Positions 6,801 to 21,800 of a DNA stretch of 64,000 bases are shown here, piece by piece. Under the pieces are notes generated by a model. The model was not told the origin of the DNA and did not search any database. It worked only from the letters and a program-made list of their open reading frames with translations. The stretch is from Auanema rhodensis (Eukaryota > Animalia > Nematoda). The translations under genes and the position numbers were made by a program. How positions within the stretch are numbered: the stretch's first letter is position 1; each line of letters starts with the position of its first letter. The stretch spans positions 20,460,001 to 20,524,000 of the forward strand of contig OZ059898.1 in NCBI GenBank assembly GCA_964057225.1, written 5' to 3'.

Positions 6801-9800
6801 GACGATGGACAATGTTATTCAACGAAAAAATTAATTCTTCAGGGTGAAAATCGAGGATATAAGTGTGAACTTATATCAGTTGATATCTCGGTGCATTTTT
6901 AAGCTAGCGCAAATCTGATAACACAGATCGACGCAGCTTAAAAATCCGCATCGAATGCACTATACTACATTGAGAAACGCTTAATACAAAAATTAGTTAT
7001 GATTGTTTGAAAAATGATGCATTAGTGTATGTTGAGTTTCCATGTACACTCAACATTGCTTCCAAAAACATTTTGACAAAAATTTTTTCCAAAAATTTCA
7101 AAATAATTTAGCGAAAAGTAGATGTTTTTAGATTCCTTTTTTCAAGGCAAAGACGATGGACAATGTTATTCAACGAAAAAATTAATTCTTCAGGGTGAAA
7201 ATCGAGGATATAAGTGTGAACTTATATCAGTTGATATCTCGGTGCATTTTTAAGCTAGCGCAAATCTGATAACACAGATCGACGCAGCTTAAAAATCCGC
7301 ATCGAATGCACTATACTACATTGAGAAACGCTTAATACAAAAATTAGTTATGATCGTTCGAAAAATGATGCATTAGTGTATGTTGAGTTTCCATGTACAC
7401 TCAACATTGCTTCCAAAAACATTTTGACAAAAATTTTTTCCAAAAATTTCAAAATAATTTAGCAAAAAGTAGATGTTTTTAGATTCTTTTTTTCAAGGCA
7501 AAGACGATGGACAATGTTATTCAACGAAAAAATTAATTCTTCAGGGTGAAAATCGAGGATATAAGTGTGAACTTATATCAGTTGATATCTCGGTGCATTT
7601 TTAAGCTAGCGCAAATCTGATAACACAGATCGACGCAGCTTAAAAATCCGCATCGAATGCACTATACTACATTGAGAAACGCTTAATACAAAAATTAGTT
7701 ATGATCGTTTGAAAAATGATGCATTAGTGTATGTTGAGTTTCCATGTACACTCAACATTGCTTCCAAAAACATTTTGACAAAAATTTTTTCCAAAAATTT
7801 CAAAATAATTTAGCAAAAAGTAGATGTTTTTAGATTCCTTTTTTCAAGGCAAAGACGATAGACAATGTTATTCAACGAAAAAATCAATTCTTCAGGGTGA
7901 AAATCGAGGATATAAGTGTGAACATATATCAGTTGATATCTCGGTGCATTTTTAGGCTAGCGCAAATCTGATAACACAGATCGACGCAGCTTAAAAATCC
8001 GCATCGAATGCACTATACTACATTGAGAAACGCTTAATACACAAATTAGTTATGATTGTTTGAAAAATGATGCATTAGTGTATGTTGAGTTTCCATGTAC
8101 ACTCAACATTGCTTCCAAAAACATTTTGACAAAAATTTTTTCCAAAAATTTCAAAATAATTTAGCGAAAAGTAGATGTTTTTAGATTCCTTTTTTCAAGG
8201 CAAAGACGATGGACAATGTTATTCAACGAAAAAATTAATTCTTCAGGGTGAAAATCGAGGATATAAGTGTGAACTTATATCAGTTGATATCTCGGTGCAT
8301 TTTTAAGCTAGCGCAAATCTGATAACACAGATCGACGCAGCTTAAAAATCCGCATCGAATGCACTATACTACATTGAGAAACGCTTAATACAAAAATTAG
8401 TTATGATCGTTCGAAAAATGATGCATTAGTGTATGTTGAGTTTCCATGTACACTCAACATTGCTTCCAAAAACATTTTGACAAAAATTTTTTCCAAAAAT
8501 TTCAAAATAATTTAGCAAAAAGTAGATGTTTTTAGATTCTTTTTTTCAAGGCAAAGACGATGGACAATGTTATTCAACGAAAAAATTAATTCTTCAGGGT
8601 GAAAATCGAGGATATAAGTGTGAACTTATATCAGTTGATATCTCGGTGCATTTTTAAGCTAGCGCAAATCTGATAACACAGATCGACGCAGCTTAAAAAT
8701 CCGCATCGAATGCACTATACTACATTGAGAAACGCTTAATACAAAAATTAGTTATGATCGTTTGAAAAATGATGCATTAGTGTATGTTGAGTTTCCATGT
8801 ACACTCAACATTGCTTCCAAAAACATTTTGACAAAATTTTTTTCCAAAAATTTCAAAATAATTTAGCAAAAAGTAGATGTTTTTAGATTCTTTTTTTCAA
8901 GGCAAAGACGATGGACAATGTTATTCAACGAAAAAATTAATTCTTCAGGGTGAAAATCGAGGATATAAGTGTGAACTTATATCAGTTGATATCTCGGTGC
9001 ATTTTTAAGCTAGCGCAAATCTGATAACACAGATCGACGCAGCTTAAAAATCCGCATCGAATGCACTATACTACATTGAGAAACGCTTAATACAAAAATT
9101 AGTTATGATTGTTTGAAAAATGATGCATTAGTGTATGTTGAGTTTCCATGTACACTCAACATTGCTTCCAAAAACATTTTGACAAAAATTTTTTCCAAAA
9201 ATTTCAAAATAATTTAGCAAAAAGTAGATGTTTTTAGATTCCTTTTTTCAAGGCAAAGACGATAGACAATGTTATTCAACGAAAAAATCAATTCTTCAGG
9301 GTGAAAATCGAGGATATAAGTGTGAACATATATCAGTTGATATCTCGGTGCATTTTTAGGCTAGCGCAAATCTGATAACACAGATCGACGCAGCTTAAAA
9401 ATCCGCATCGAATGCACTATACTACATTGAGAAACGCTTAATACACAAATTAGTTATGATTGTTTGAAAAATGATGCATTAGTGTATGTTGAGTTTCCAT
9501 GTACACTCAACATTGCTTCCAAAAACATTTTGACAAAAATTTTTTCCAAAAATTTCAAAATAATTTAGCAAAAAGTAGATGTTTTTAGATTCCATTTTTT
9601 AAGGCAAAGACGATGGACAATGTTATTCAACGAAAAAATTAATTCTTCAGGGTGAAAATCGAGGATATAAGTGTGAACTTATATCAGTTGATATCTCGGT
9701 GCATTTTTAAGCTAGCGCAAATCTGATAACACAGATCGACGCAGCTTAAAAATCCGCATCGAATGCACTATACTACATTGAGAAACGCTTAATACAAAAA

Positions 9801-12800
9801 TTAGTTATGATCGTTTGAAAAATGATGCATTAGTGTATGTTGAGTTTCCATGTACACTCAACATTGCTTCCAAAAACATTTTGACAAAAATTTTTTCCAA
9901 AAATTTCAAAATAATTTAGCAAAAAGTAGATGTTTTTAGATTCTTTTTTTCAAGGCAAAGACGATGGACAATGTTATTCAACGAAAAAATTAATTCTTCA
10001 GGGTGAAAATCGAGGATATAAGTGTGAACTTATATCAGTTGATATCTCGGTGCATTTTTAAGCTAGCGCAAATCTGATAACACAGATCGACGCAGCTTAA
10101 AAATCCGCATCGAATGCACTATACTACATTGAGAAACGCTTAATACAAAAATTAGTTATGATCGTTTGAAAAATGATGCATTAGTGTATGTTGAGTTTCC
10201 ATGTACACTCAACATTGCTTCCAAAAACATTTTGACAAAAATTTTTTCCAAAAATTTCAAAATAATTTAGCAAAAAGTAGATGTTTTTAGATTCTTTTTT
10301 TCAAGGCAAAGACGATGGACAATGTTATTCAACGAAAAAATTAATTCTTCAGGGTGAAAATCGAGGATATAAGTGTGAACTTATATCAGTTGATATCTCG
10401 GTGCATTTTTAAGCTAGCGCAAATCTGATAACACAGATCGACGCAGCTTAAAAATCCGCATCGAATGCACTATACTACATTGAGAAACGCTTAATACAAA
10501 AATTAGTTATGATCGTTTGAAAAATGATGCATTAGTGTATGTTGAGTTTCCATGTACACTCAACATTGCTTCCAAAAACATTTTGACAAAATTTTTTTCC
10601 AAAAATTTCAAAATAATTTAGCAAAAAGTAGATGTTTTTAGATTCTTTTTTTCAAGGCAAAGACGATGGACAATGTTATTCAACGAAAAAATTAATTCTT
10701 CAGGGTGAAAATCGAGGATATAAGTGTGAACTTATATCAGTTGATATCTCGGTGCATTTTTAAGCTAGCGCAAATCTGATAACACAGATCGACGCAGCTT
10801 AAAAATCCGCATCGAATGCACTATACTACATTGAGAAACGCTTAATACAAAAATTAGTTATGATTGTTTGAAAAATGATGCATTAGTGTATGTTGAGTTT
10901 CCATGTACACTCAACATTGCTTCCAAAAACATTTTGACAAAAATTTTTTCCAAAAATTTCAAAATAATTTAGCAAAAAGTAGATGTTTTTAGATTCCTTT
11001 TTTCAAGGCAAAGACGATAGACAATGTTATTCAACGAAAAAATCAATTCTTCAGGGTGAAAATCGAGGATATAAGTGTGAACATATATCAGTTGATATCT
11101 CGGTGCATTTTTAGGCTAGCGCAAATCTGATAACACAGATCGACGCAGCTTAAAAATCCGCATCGAATGCACTATACTACATTGAGAAACGCTTAATACA
11201 CAAATTAGTTATGATTGTTTGAAAAATGATGCATTAGTGTATGTTGAGTTTCCATGTACACTCAACATTGCTTCCAAAAACATTTTGACAAAAATTTTTT
11301 CCAAAAATTTCAAAATAATTTAGCAAAAAGTAGATGTTTTTAGATTCCATTTTTTAAGGCAAAGACGATGGACAATGTTATTCAACGAAAAAATTAATTC
11401 TTCAGGGTGAAAATCGAGGATATAAGTGTGAACTTATATCAGTTGATATCTCGGTGCATTTTTAAGCTAGCGCAAATCTGATAACACAGATCGACGCAGC
11501 TTAAAAATCCGCATCGAATGCACTATACTACATTGAGAAACGCTTAATACAAAAATTAGTTATGATCGTTTGAAAAATGATGCATTAGTGTATGTTGAGT
11601 TTCCATGTACACTCAACATTGCTTCCAAAAACATTTTGACAAAAATTTTTTCCAAAAATTTCAAAATAATTTAGCAAAAAGTAGATGTTTTTAGATTCTT
11701 TTTTTCAAGGCAAAGACGATGGACAATGTTATTCAACGAAAAAATTAATTCTTCAGGGTGAAAATCGAGGATATAAGTGTGAACTTATATCAGTTGATAT
11801 CTCGGTGCATTTTTAAGCTAGCGCAAATCTGATAACACAGATCGACGCAGCTTAAAAATCCGCATCGAATGCACTATACTACATTGAGAAACGCTTAATA
11901 CAAAAATTAGTTATGATCGTTTGAAAAATGATGCATTAGTGTATGTTGAGTTTCCATGTACACTCAACATTGCTTCCAAAAACATTTTGACAAAAATTTT
12001 TTCCAAAAATTTCAAAATAATTTAGCAAAAAGTAGATGTTTTTAGATTCTTTTTTTCAAGGCAAAGACGATGGACAATGTTATTCAACGAAAAAATTAAT
12101 TCTTCAGGGTGAAAATCGAGGATATAAGTGTGAACTTATATCAGTTGATATCTCGGTGCATTTTTAAGCTAGCGCAAATCTGATAACACAGATCGACGCA
12201 GCTTAAAAATCCGCATCGAATGCACTATACTACATTGAGAAACGCTTAATACAAAAATAAGTTATGATTGTTTGAAAAATGATGCATTAGTGTATGTTGA
12301 GTTTCCATGTACACTCAACATTGCTTCCAAAAACATTTTGACAAAAATTTTTTCCAAAAATTTCAAAATAATTTAGCAAAAAGTAGATGTTTTTAGATTC
12401 CTTTTTTCAAGGCAAAGACGATGGACAATGTTATTCAACGAAAAAATTAATTCTTCAGGGTGAAAATCGAGGATATAAGTGTGAACTTATATCAGTTGAT
12501 ATCTCGGTGCATTTTTAAGCTAGCGCAAATCTGATAACACAGATCGACGCAGCTTAAAAATCCGCATCGAATGCACTATACTACATTGAGAAACGCTTAA
12601 TACAAAAATTAGTTATGATCGTTTGAAAAATGATGCATTAGTGTATGTTGAGTTTCCATGTACACTCAACATTGCTTCCAAAAACATTTTGACAAAAATT
12701 TTTTCCAAAAATTTCAAAATAATTTAGCAAAAAGTAGATGTTTTTAGATTCTATTTTTCAAGGCAAAGACGATGGACAATGTTATTCAACGAAAAAATTA

Positions 12801-15800
12801 ATTCTTCAGGGTGAAAATCGAGGATATAAGTGTGAACTTATATCAGTTGATATCTCGGTGCATTTTTAAGCTAGCGCAAATCTGATAACACAGATCGACG
12901 CAGCTTAAAAATCCGCATCGAATGCACTATACTACATTGAGAAACGCTTAATACAAAAATTAGTTATGATCGTTTGAAAAATGATGCATTAGTGTATGTT
13001 GAGTTTCCATGTACACTCAACATTGCTTCCAAAAACATTTTGACAAAAATTTTTTCCAAAAATTTCAAAATAATTTAGCAAAAAGTAGATGTTTTTAGAT
13101 TCCTTTTTTCAAGGCAAAGACGATGGACAATGTTATTCAACGAAAAAATTAATTCTTCAGGGTGAAAATCGAGGATATAAGTGTGAACTTATATCAGTTG
13201 ATATCTCGGTGCATTTTTAAGCTAGCGCAAATCTGATAACACAGATCGACGCAGCTTAAAAATCCGCATCGAATGCACTATACTACATTGAGAAACGCTT
13301 AATACAAAAATTAGTTATGATCGTTTGAAAAATGATGCATTAGTGTATGTTGAGTTTCCATGTACACTCAACATTGCTTCCAAAAACATTTTGACAAAAA
13401 TTTTTTCCAAAAATTTCAAAATAATTTAGCAAAAAGTAGATGTTTTTAGATTCTTTTTTTTCAAGGCAAAGACGATGGACAATGTTATTCAACGAAAAAA
13501 TTAATTCTTCAGGGTGAAAATCGAGGATATAAGTGTGAACTTATATCAGTTGATATCTCGGTGCATTTTTAAGCTAGCGCAAATCTGATAACACAGATCG
13601 ACGCAGCTTAAAAATCCGCATCGAATGCACTATACTACATTGAGAAACGCTTAATACAAAAATTAGTTATGATCGTTTGAAAAATGATGCATTAGTGTAT
13701 GTTGAGTTTCCATGTACACTCAACATTGCTTCCAAAAACATTTTGACAAAAATTTTTTCCAAAAATTTCAAAATAATTTAGCAAAAAGTAGATGTTTTTA
13801 GATTCCTTTTTTCAAGGCAAAGACGATGGACAATGTTATTCAACGAAAAAATTAATTCTTCAGGGTGAAAATCGAGGATATAAGTGTGAACTTATATCAG
13901 TTGATATCTCGGTGCATTTTTAAGCTAGCGCAAATCTGATAACACAGATCGACGCAGCTTAAAAATCCGCATCGAATGCACTATACTACATTGAGAAACG
14001 CTTAATACAAAAATTAGTTATGATCGTTTGAAAAATGATGCATTAGTGTATGTTGAGTTTCCATGTACACTCAACATTGCTTCCAAAAACATTTTGACAA
14101 AAATTTTTTCGAAAAATTTCAAAATAATTTAGCAAAAAGTAGATGTTTTTAGATTTTTTTTTTCAAGGCAAAGACGATGGACAATGTTATTCAACGAAAA
14201 AATTAATTCTTCAGGGTGAAAATCGAGGATATAAGTGTGAACTTATATCAGTTGATATCTCGGTGCATTTTTAAGCTAGCGCAAATCTGATAACACAGAT
14301 CAACGCAGCTTAAAAATCCGCATCGAATGCACTATACTACATTGAGAAACGCTTAATACAAAAATTAGTTATGATCGTTTGAAAAATGATGCATTAGTGT
14401 ATGTTGAGTTTCCATGTACACTCAACATTGCTTCCAAAAACATTTTGACAAAAATTTTTTCCAAAAATTTCAAAATAATTTAGCAAAAAGTAGATGTTTT
14501 TAGATTCCTTTTTTCAAGGCAAAGACGATGGACAATGTTATTCAACGAAAAATTTAATTCTTCAGGGTGAAAATCGAGGATATAAGTGTGAACTTATATC
14601 AGTTGATATCTCGGTGCATTTTTAAGCTAGCGCAAATCTGATAACACAGATCGACGCAGCTTAAAAATCCGCATCGAATGCACTATACTACATTGAGAAA
14701 CGCTTAATACAAAAATTAGTTATGATCGTTTGAAAAATGATGCATTAGTGTATGTTGAGTTTCCATGTACACTCAACATTGCTTCCAAAAACATTTTGAC
14801 AAAAATTTTTTCGAAAAATTTCAAAATAATTTAGCAAAAAGTAGATGTTTTTAGATTCCTTTTTTCAAGGCAAAGACGATGGACAATGTTATTCAACGAA
14901 GAAATTATTCCTTCAGGGTGAAAATCGAGGATATAAGTGTGAACTTATATCAGTTGATATCTCGGTGCATTTTTAAGCTAGCGCAAATCTGATAACACAG
15001 ATCGACGCAGCTTAAAAATCCGCATCGAATGCACTATACTACATTGAGAAACGCTTAATACAAAAATTAGTTATGATCGTTTGAAAAATGATGCATTAGT
15101 GTATGTTGAGTTTCCATGTACACTCAACATTGCTTCCAAAAACATTTTGACAAAAATTTTTTCGAAAAATTTCAAAATAATTTAGCAAAAAGTAGATGTT
15201 TTTAGATTCCATTTTTCAAGGCAAAGACGATGGACAATGTTATTCAACGAAAAAATTAATTCTTCAGGGTGAAAATCGAGGATATAAGTGTGAACTTATA
15301 TCAGTTGATATCTCGGTGCATTTTTAAGCTAGCGCAAAGCTGATAACACAGATCGACGCAGCTTAAAAATCCGCATCGAATGCACTATACTACATTGAGA
15401 AACGCTTAATACAAAAATTAGTTATGATCGTTTGAAAAATGATGCATTAGTGTATGTTGAGTTTCCATGTACACTCAACATTGCTTCCAAAAACATTTTG
15501 ACAAAAATTTTTTCGAAAAATTTCAAAATAATTTAGCAAAAAGTAGATGTTTTTAGATTCCTTTTTTTAAGGCAAAGACGATGGACAATGTTATTCAACG
15601 AAAAAATTAATTCTTCAGGGTGAAAATCGACGATATAAGTGTGAACTTATATCAGTTGATATCTCGGTGCATTTTTAAGCTAGCGCAAATCTGATAACAC
15701 AGATCGACGCAGCTTAAAAATCCGCATCGAATGCACTATACTACATTGAGAAACGTTTGATACGAAAATTAGTTATGATCGTTTGAAAAATGATGCATTA

Positions 15801-18800
15801 GTGTATGTTGAGTTTCCATGTACACTCAACATTGCTTCCAAAAACATTTTGACAAAAATTTTTTCGAAAAATTTCAAAATAATTTAGCAAAAAGTAGATG
15901 TTTTTAGATTCCATTTTTCAAGGCAAAGACGATGGACAATGTTATTCAACGAAAAAATCAATTCTTCAGGGTGAAAATCGAGGATATAAGTGTGAACTTA
16001 TATCAGTTGATATCTCGGTGCATTTTTAAGCTAGCGCAAATCTGATAACACAGATCGACGCAGCTTAAAAATCCGCATCGAATGCACTATACTACATTGA
16101 GAAACGTTTGATACAAAAATTAGTTATGATCGTTTGAAAAATGATGCATTAGTGTATGTTGAGTTTTCATGTACACTCAACAATGCTTCCAAAAACATTT
16201 TGACAAAAATTTTTTCGAAAAATTTCAAAATAATTTAGCAAAAAGTAGATGTTTTTAGATTCCTTTTTTCAAGGCAAAGACGATGGACAATGTTATTCAA
16301 CGAAGAAATTATTCCTTCAGGGTGAAAATCGAGGATATAAGTGTGAACTTATATCAGTTGATATCTCGGTGCATTTTTAAGCTAGCGCAAATCTGATAAC
16401 ACAGATCGACGCAGCTTAAAAATCCGCATCGAATGCACTATACTACATTGAGAAACGTTTGATACGAAAATTAGTTATGATCGTTTGAAAAATGATGCAT
16501 TAGTGTATGTTGAGTTTCCATGTACACTCAACATTGCTTCCAAAAACATTTTGACAAAAATTTTTTCGAAAAATTTCAAAATAATTTAGCAAAAAGTAGA
16601 TGTTTTTAGATTCCATTTTTCAAGGCAAAGACGATGGACAATGTTATTCAACGAAAAAATTAATTCTTCAGGGTGAAAATCGAGGATATAAGTGTGAACT
16701 TATATCAGTTGATATCTCGGTGCATTTTTAAGCTAGCGCAAAGCTGATAACACAGATCGACGCAGCTTAAAAATCCGCATCGAATGCACTATACTACATT
16801 GAGAAACGCTTAATACAAAAATTAGTTATGATCGTTTGAAAAATGATGCATTAGTGTATGTTGAGTTTCCATGTACACTCAACATTGCTTCCAAAAACAT
16901 TTTGACAAAAATTTTTTCGAAAAATTTCAAAATAATTTAGCAAAAAGTAGATGTTTTTAGATTCCTTTTTTTAAGGCAAAGACGATGGACAATGTTATTC
17001 AACGAAAAAATTAATTCTTCAGGGTGAAAATCGACGATATAAGTGTGAACTTATATCAGTTGATATCTCGGTGCATTTTTAAGCTAGCGCAAATCTGATA
17101 ACACAGATCGACGCAGCTTAAAAATCCGCATCGAATGCACTATACTACATTGAGAAACGTTTGATACGAAAATTAGTTATGATCGTTTGAAAAATGATGC
17201 ATTAGTGTATGTTGAGTTTCCATGTACACTCAACATTGCTTCCAAAAACATTTTGACAAAAATTTTTTCGAAAAATTTCAAAATAATTTAGCAAAAAGTA
17301 GATGTTTTTAGATTCCATTTTTCAAGGCAAAGACGATGGACAATGTTATTCAACGAAAAAATCAATTCTTCAGGGTGAAAATCGAGGATATAAGTGTGAA
17401 CTTATATCAGTTGATATCTCGGTGCATTTTTAAGCTAGCGCAAATCTGATAACACAGATCGACGCAGCTTAAAAATCCGCATCGAATGCACTATACTACA
17501 TTGAGAAACGTTTGATACAAAAATTAGTTATGATCGTTTGAAAAATGATGCATTAGTGTATGTTGAGTTTTCATGTACACTCAACAATGCTTCCAAAAAC
17601 ATTTTGACAAAAATTTTTTCGAAAAATTTCAAAATAATTTAGCAAAAAGTAGATGTTTTTAGATTCCTTTTTTCAAGGCAAAGACGATGGACAATGTTAT
17701 TCAACGAAGAAATTATTCCTTCAGGGTGAAAATCGAGGATATAAGTGTGAACTTATATCAGTTGATATCTCGGTGCATTTTTAAGCTAGCGCAAATCTGA
17801 TAACACAGATCGACGCAGCTTAAAAATCCGCATCGAATGCACTATACTACATTGAGAAACGTTTGATACGAAAATTAGTTATGATCGTTTGAAAAATGAT
17901 GCATTAGTGTATGTTGAGTTTCCATGTACACTCAACATTGCTTCCAAAAACATTTTGACAAAAATTTTTTCGAAAAATTTCAAAATAATTTAGCAAAAAG
18001 TAGATGTTTTTAGATTCCTTTTTTCAAGGCAAAGACGATGGACAATGTTATTCAACGAAAAAATTATTCCTTCAGGGTGAAAATCGAGGATATAAGTGTG
18101 AACTTATATCAGTTGATATCTCGGTGCATTTTTAAGCTAGCGCAAATCTGATAACACAGATCGACGCAGCTTAAAAATCCGCATCGAATGAACTAAACTA
18201 CATTGAGAAACGCTTGATACAAAAATTAGTTATGATCGTTTGAAAAATGATGCATTAGTGTATGTTGAGTTTCCATGTACACTCAACATTGCTTCCAAAA
18301 ACATTTTGACAAAAATTTTTTCGAAAAATTTCAAAATAATTTAGCAAAAAGTAGATGTTTTTAGATTCCTTTTTTCAAGGCAAAGACGATGGACAATGTT
18401 ATTCAACGAAAAAATTATTCCTTCAGGGTGAAAATCGAGGATATAAGTGTGAACTTATATCAGTTGATATCTCGGTGCATTTTTAAGCTAGCGCAAATCT
18501 GATAACACAGATCGACGCAGCTTAAAAATCCGCATCGAATGAACTAAACTACATTGAGAAACGCTTGATACAAAAATTAGTTATGATCGTTTGAAAAATG
18601 ATGCATTAGTGTATGTTGAGTTTCCATGTACACTCAACATTGCTTCCAAAAACATTTTGACAAAAATTTTTTCGAAAAATTTCAAAATAATTTAGCAAAA
18701 AGTAGATGTTTTTAGATTCCTTTTTTCAAGGCAAAGACGATGGACAATGTTATTCAACGAAAAAATCAATTCTTCAGGGTGAAAATCGAGGATATAAGTG

Positions 18801-21800
18801 TGAACTTATATCAGTTGATATCTCGGTGCATTTTTAAGCTAGCGCAAATCTGATAACACAGATCGACGCAGCTTAAAAATCCGCATCGAATGAACTAAAC
18901 TACATTGAGAAACGCTTGATACAAAAATTAGTTATGATCGTTTGAAAAATGATGCATTAGTGTATGTTGAGTTTCCATGTACACTCAACATTGCTTCCAA
19001 AAACATTTTGACAAAAATTTTTTCGAAAAATTTCAAAATAATTTAGCAAAAAGTAGATGTTTTTAGATTCCATTTTTCAAGGCAAAGACGATGGACAATG
19101 TTATTCAACGAAAAAATCAATTCTTCAGGGTGAAAATCGAGGATATAAGTGTGAACTTATATCAGTTGATATCTCGGTGCATTTTTAAGCTAGCGCAAAT
19201 CTGATAACACAGATCGACGCAGCTTAAAAATCCGCATCGAATGAACTAAACTACATTGAGAAACGCTTGATACAAAAATTAGTTATGATCGTTTGAAAAA
19301 TGATGCATTAGTGTATGTTGAGTTTCCATGTACACTCAACATTGCTTCCAAAAACATTTTGACAAAAATTTTTTCGAAAAATTTCAAAATAATTTAGCAA
19401 AAAGTAGATGTTTTTAGATTCCTTTTTTCAAGGCAAAGACGATGGACAATGTTATTCAACGAAAAAATTATTCCTTCAGGGTGAAAATCGAGGATATAAG
19501 TGTGAACTTATATCAGTTGATATCTCGGTGCATTTTTAAGCTAGCGCAAATCTGATAACACAGATCGACGCAGCTTAAAAATCCGCATCGAATGAACTAA
19601 ACTACATTGAGAAACGCTTGATACAAAAATTAGTTATGATCGTTTGAAAAATGATGCATTAGTGTATGTTGAGTTTCCATGTACACTCAACATTGCTTCC
19701 AAAAACATTTTGACAAAAATTTTTTCGAAAAATTTCAAAATAATTTAGCAAAAAGTAGATGTTTTTAGATTCCTTTTTTCAAGGCAAAGACGATGGACAA
19801 TGTTATTCAACGAAAAAATTATTCCTTCAGGGTGAAAATCGAGGATATAAGTGTGAACTTATATCAGTTGATATCTCGGTGCATTTTTAAGCTAGCGCAA
19901 ATCTGATAACACAGATCGACGCAGCTTAAAAATCCGCATCGAATGCACTATACTACATTGAGAAACGTTTGATACGAAAATTAGTTATGATCGTTTGAAA
20001 AATGATGCATTAGTGTATGTTGAGTTTCCATGTACACTCAACATTGCTTCCAAAAACATTTTGACAAAAATTTTTTCGAAAAATTTCAAAATAATTTAGC
20101 AAAAAGTAGATGTTTTTAGATTCCATTTTTCAAGGCAAAGACGATGGACAATGTTATTCAACGAAAAAATCAATTCTTCAGGGTGAAAATCGAGGATATA
20201 AGTGTGAACTTATATCAGTTGATATCTCGGTGCATTTTTAAGCTAGCGCAAATCTGATAACACAGATCGACGCAGCTTAAAAATCCGCATCGAATGAACT
20301 AAACTACATTGAGAAACGCTTGATACAAAAATTAGTTATGATCGTTTGAAAAATGATGCATTAGTGTATGTTGAGTTTCCATGTACACTCAACATTGCTT
20401 CCAAAAACATTTTGACAAAAATTTTTTCGAAAAATTTCAAAATAATTTAGCAAAAAGTAGATGTTTTTAGATTCCATTTTTCAAGGCAAAGACGATGGAC
20501 AATGTTATTCAACGAAAAAATCAATTCTTCAGGGTGAAAATCGAGGATATAAGTGTGAACTTATATCAGTTGATATCTCGGTGCATTTTTAAGCTAGCGC
20601 AAATCTGATAACACAGATCGACGCAGCTTAAAAATCCGCATCGAATGAACTAAACTACATTGAGAAACGCTTGATACAAAAATTAGTTATGATCGTTTGA
20701 AAAATGATGCATTAGTGTATGTTGAGTTTCCATGTACACTCAACATTGCTTCCAAAAACATTTTGACAAAAATTTTTTCGAAAAATTTCAAAATAATTTA
20801 GCAAAAAGTAGATGTTTTTAGATTCCTTTTTTCAAGGCAAAGACGATGGACAATGTTATTCAACGAAAAAATTATTCCTTCAGGGTGAAAATCGAGGATA
20901 TAAGTGTGAACTTATATCAGTTGATATCTCGGTGCATTTTTAAGCTAGCGCAAATCTGATAACACAGATCGACGCAGCTTAAAAATCCGCATCGAATGAA
21001 CTAAACTACATTGAGAAACGCTTGATACAAAAATTAGTTATGATCGTTTGAAAAATGATGCATTAGTGTATGTTGAGTTTCCATGTACACTCAACATTGC
21101 TTCCAAAAACATTTTGACAAAAATTTTTTCGAAAAATTTCAAAATAATTTAGCAAAAAGTAGATGTTTTTAGATTCCTTTTTTCAAGGCAAAGACGATGG
21201 ACAATGTTATTCAACGAAAAAATTTTTCCTTCAGGGTGAAAATCGAGGATATAAGTGTGAACTTATATCAGTTGATATCTCGGTGCATTTTTAAGCTAGC
21301 GCAAATCTGATAACACAGATCGACGCAGCTTAAAAATCCGCATCGAATGAACTAAACTACATTGAGAAACGCTTGATACAAAAATTAGTTATGATCGTTT
21401 GAAAAATGATGCATTAGTGTATGTTGAGTTTCCATGTACACTCAACATTGCTTCCAAAAACATTTTGACAAAAATTTTTTCGAAAAATTTCAAAATAATT
21501 TAGCAAAAAGTAGATGTTTTTAGATTCCTTTTTTCAAGGCAAAGACGATGGACAATGTTATTCAACGAAAAAATTTTTCCTTCAGGGTGAAAATCGAGGA
21601 TATAAGTGTGAACTTATATCAGTTGATATCTCGGTGCATTTTTAAGCTAGCGCAAATCTGATAACACAGATCGACGCAGCTTAAAAATCCGCATCGAATG
21701 CACTAAACTACATTGAGAAACGCTTGATACAAAAATTAGTTATGATCGTTTGAAAAATGATGCATTAGTGTATGTTGAGTTTCCATGTACACTCAACATT

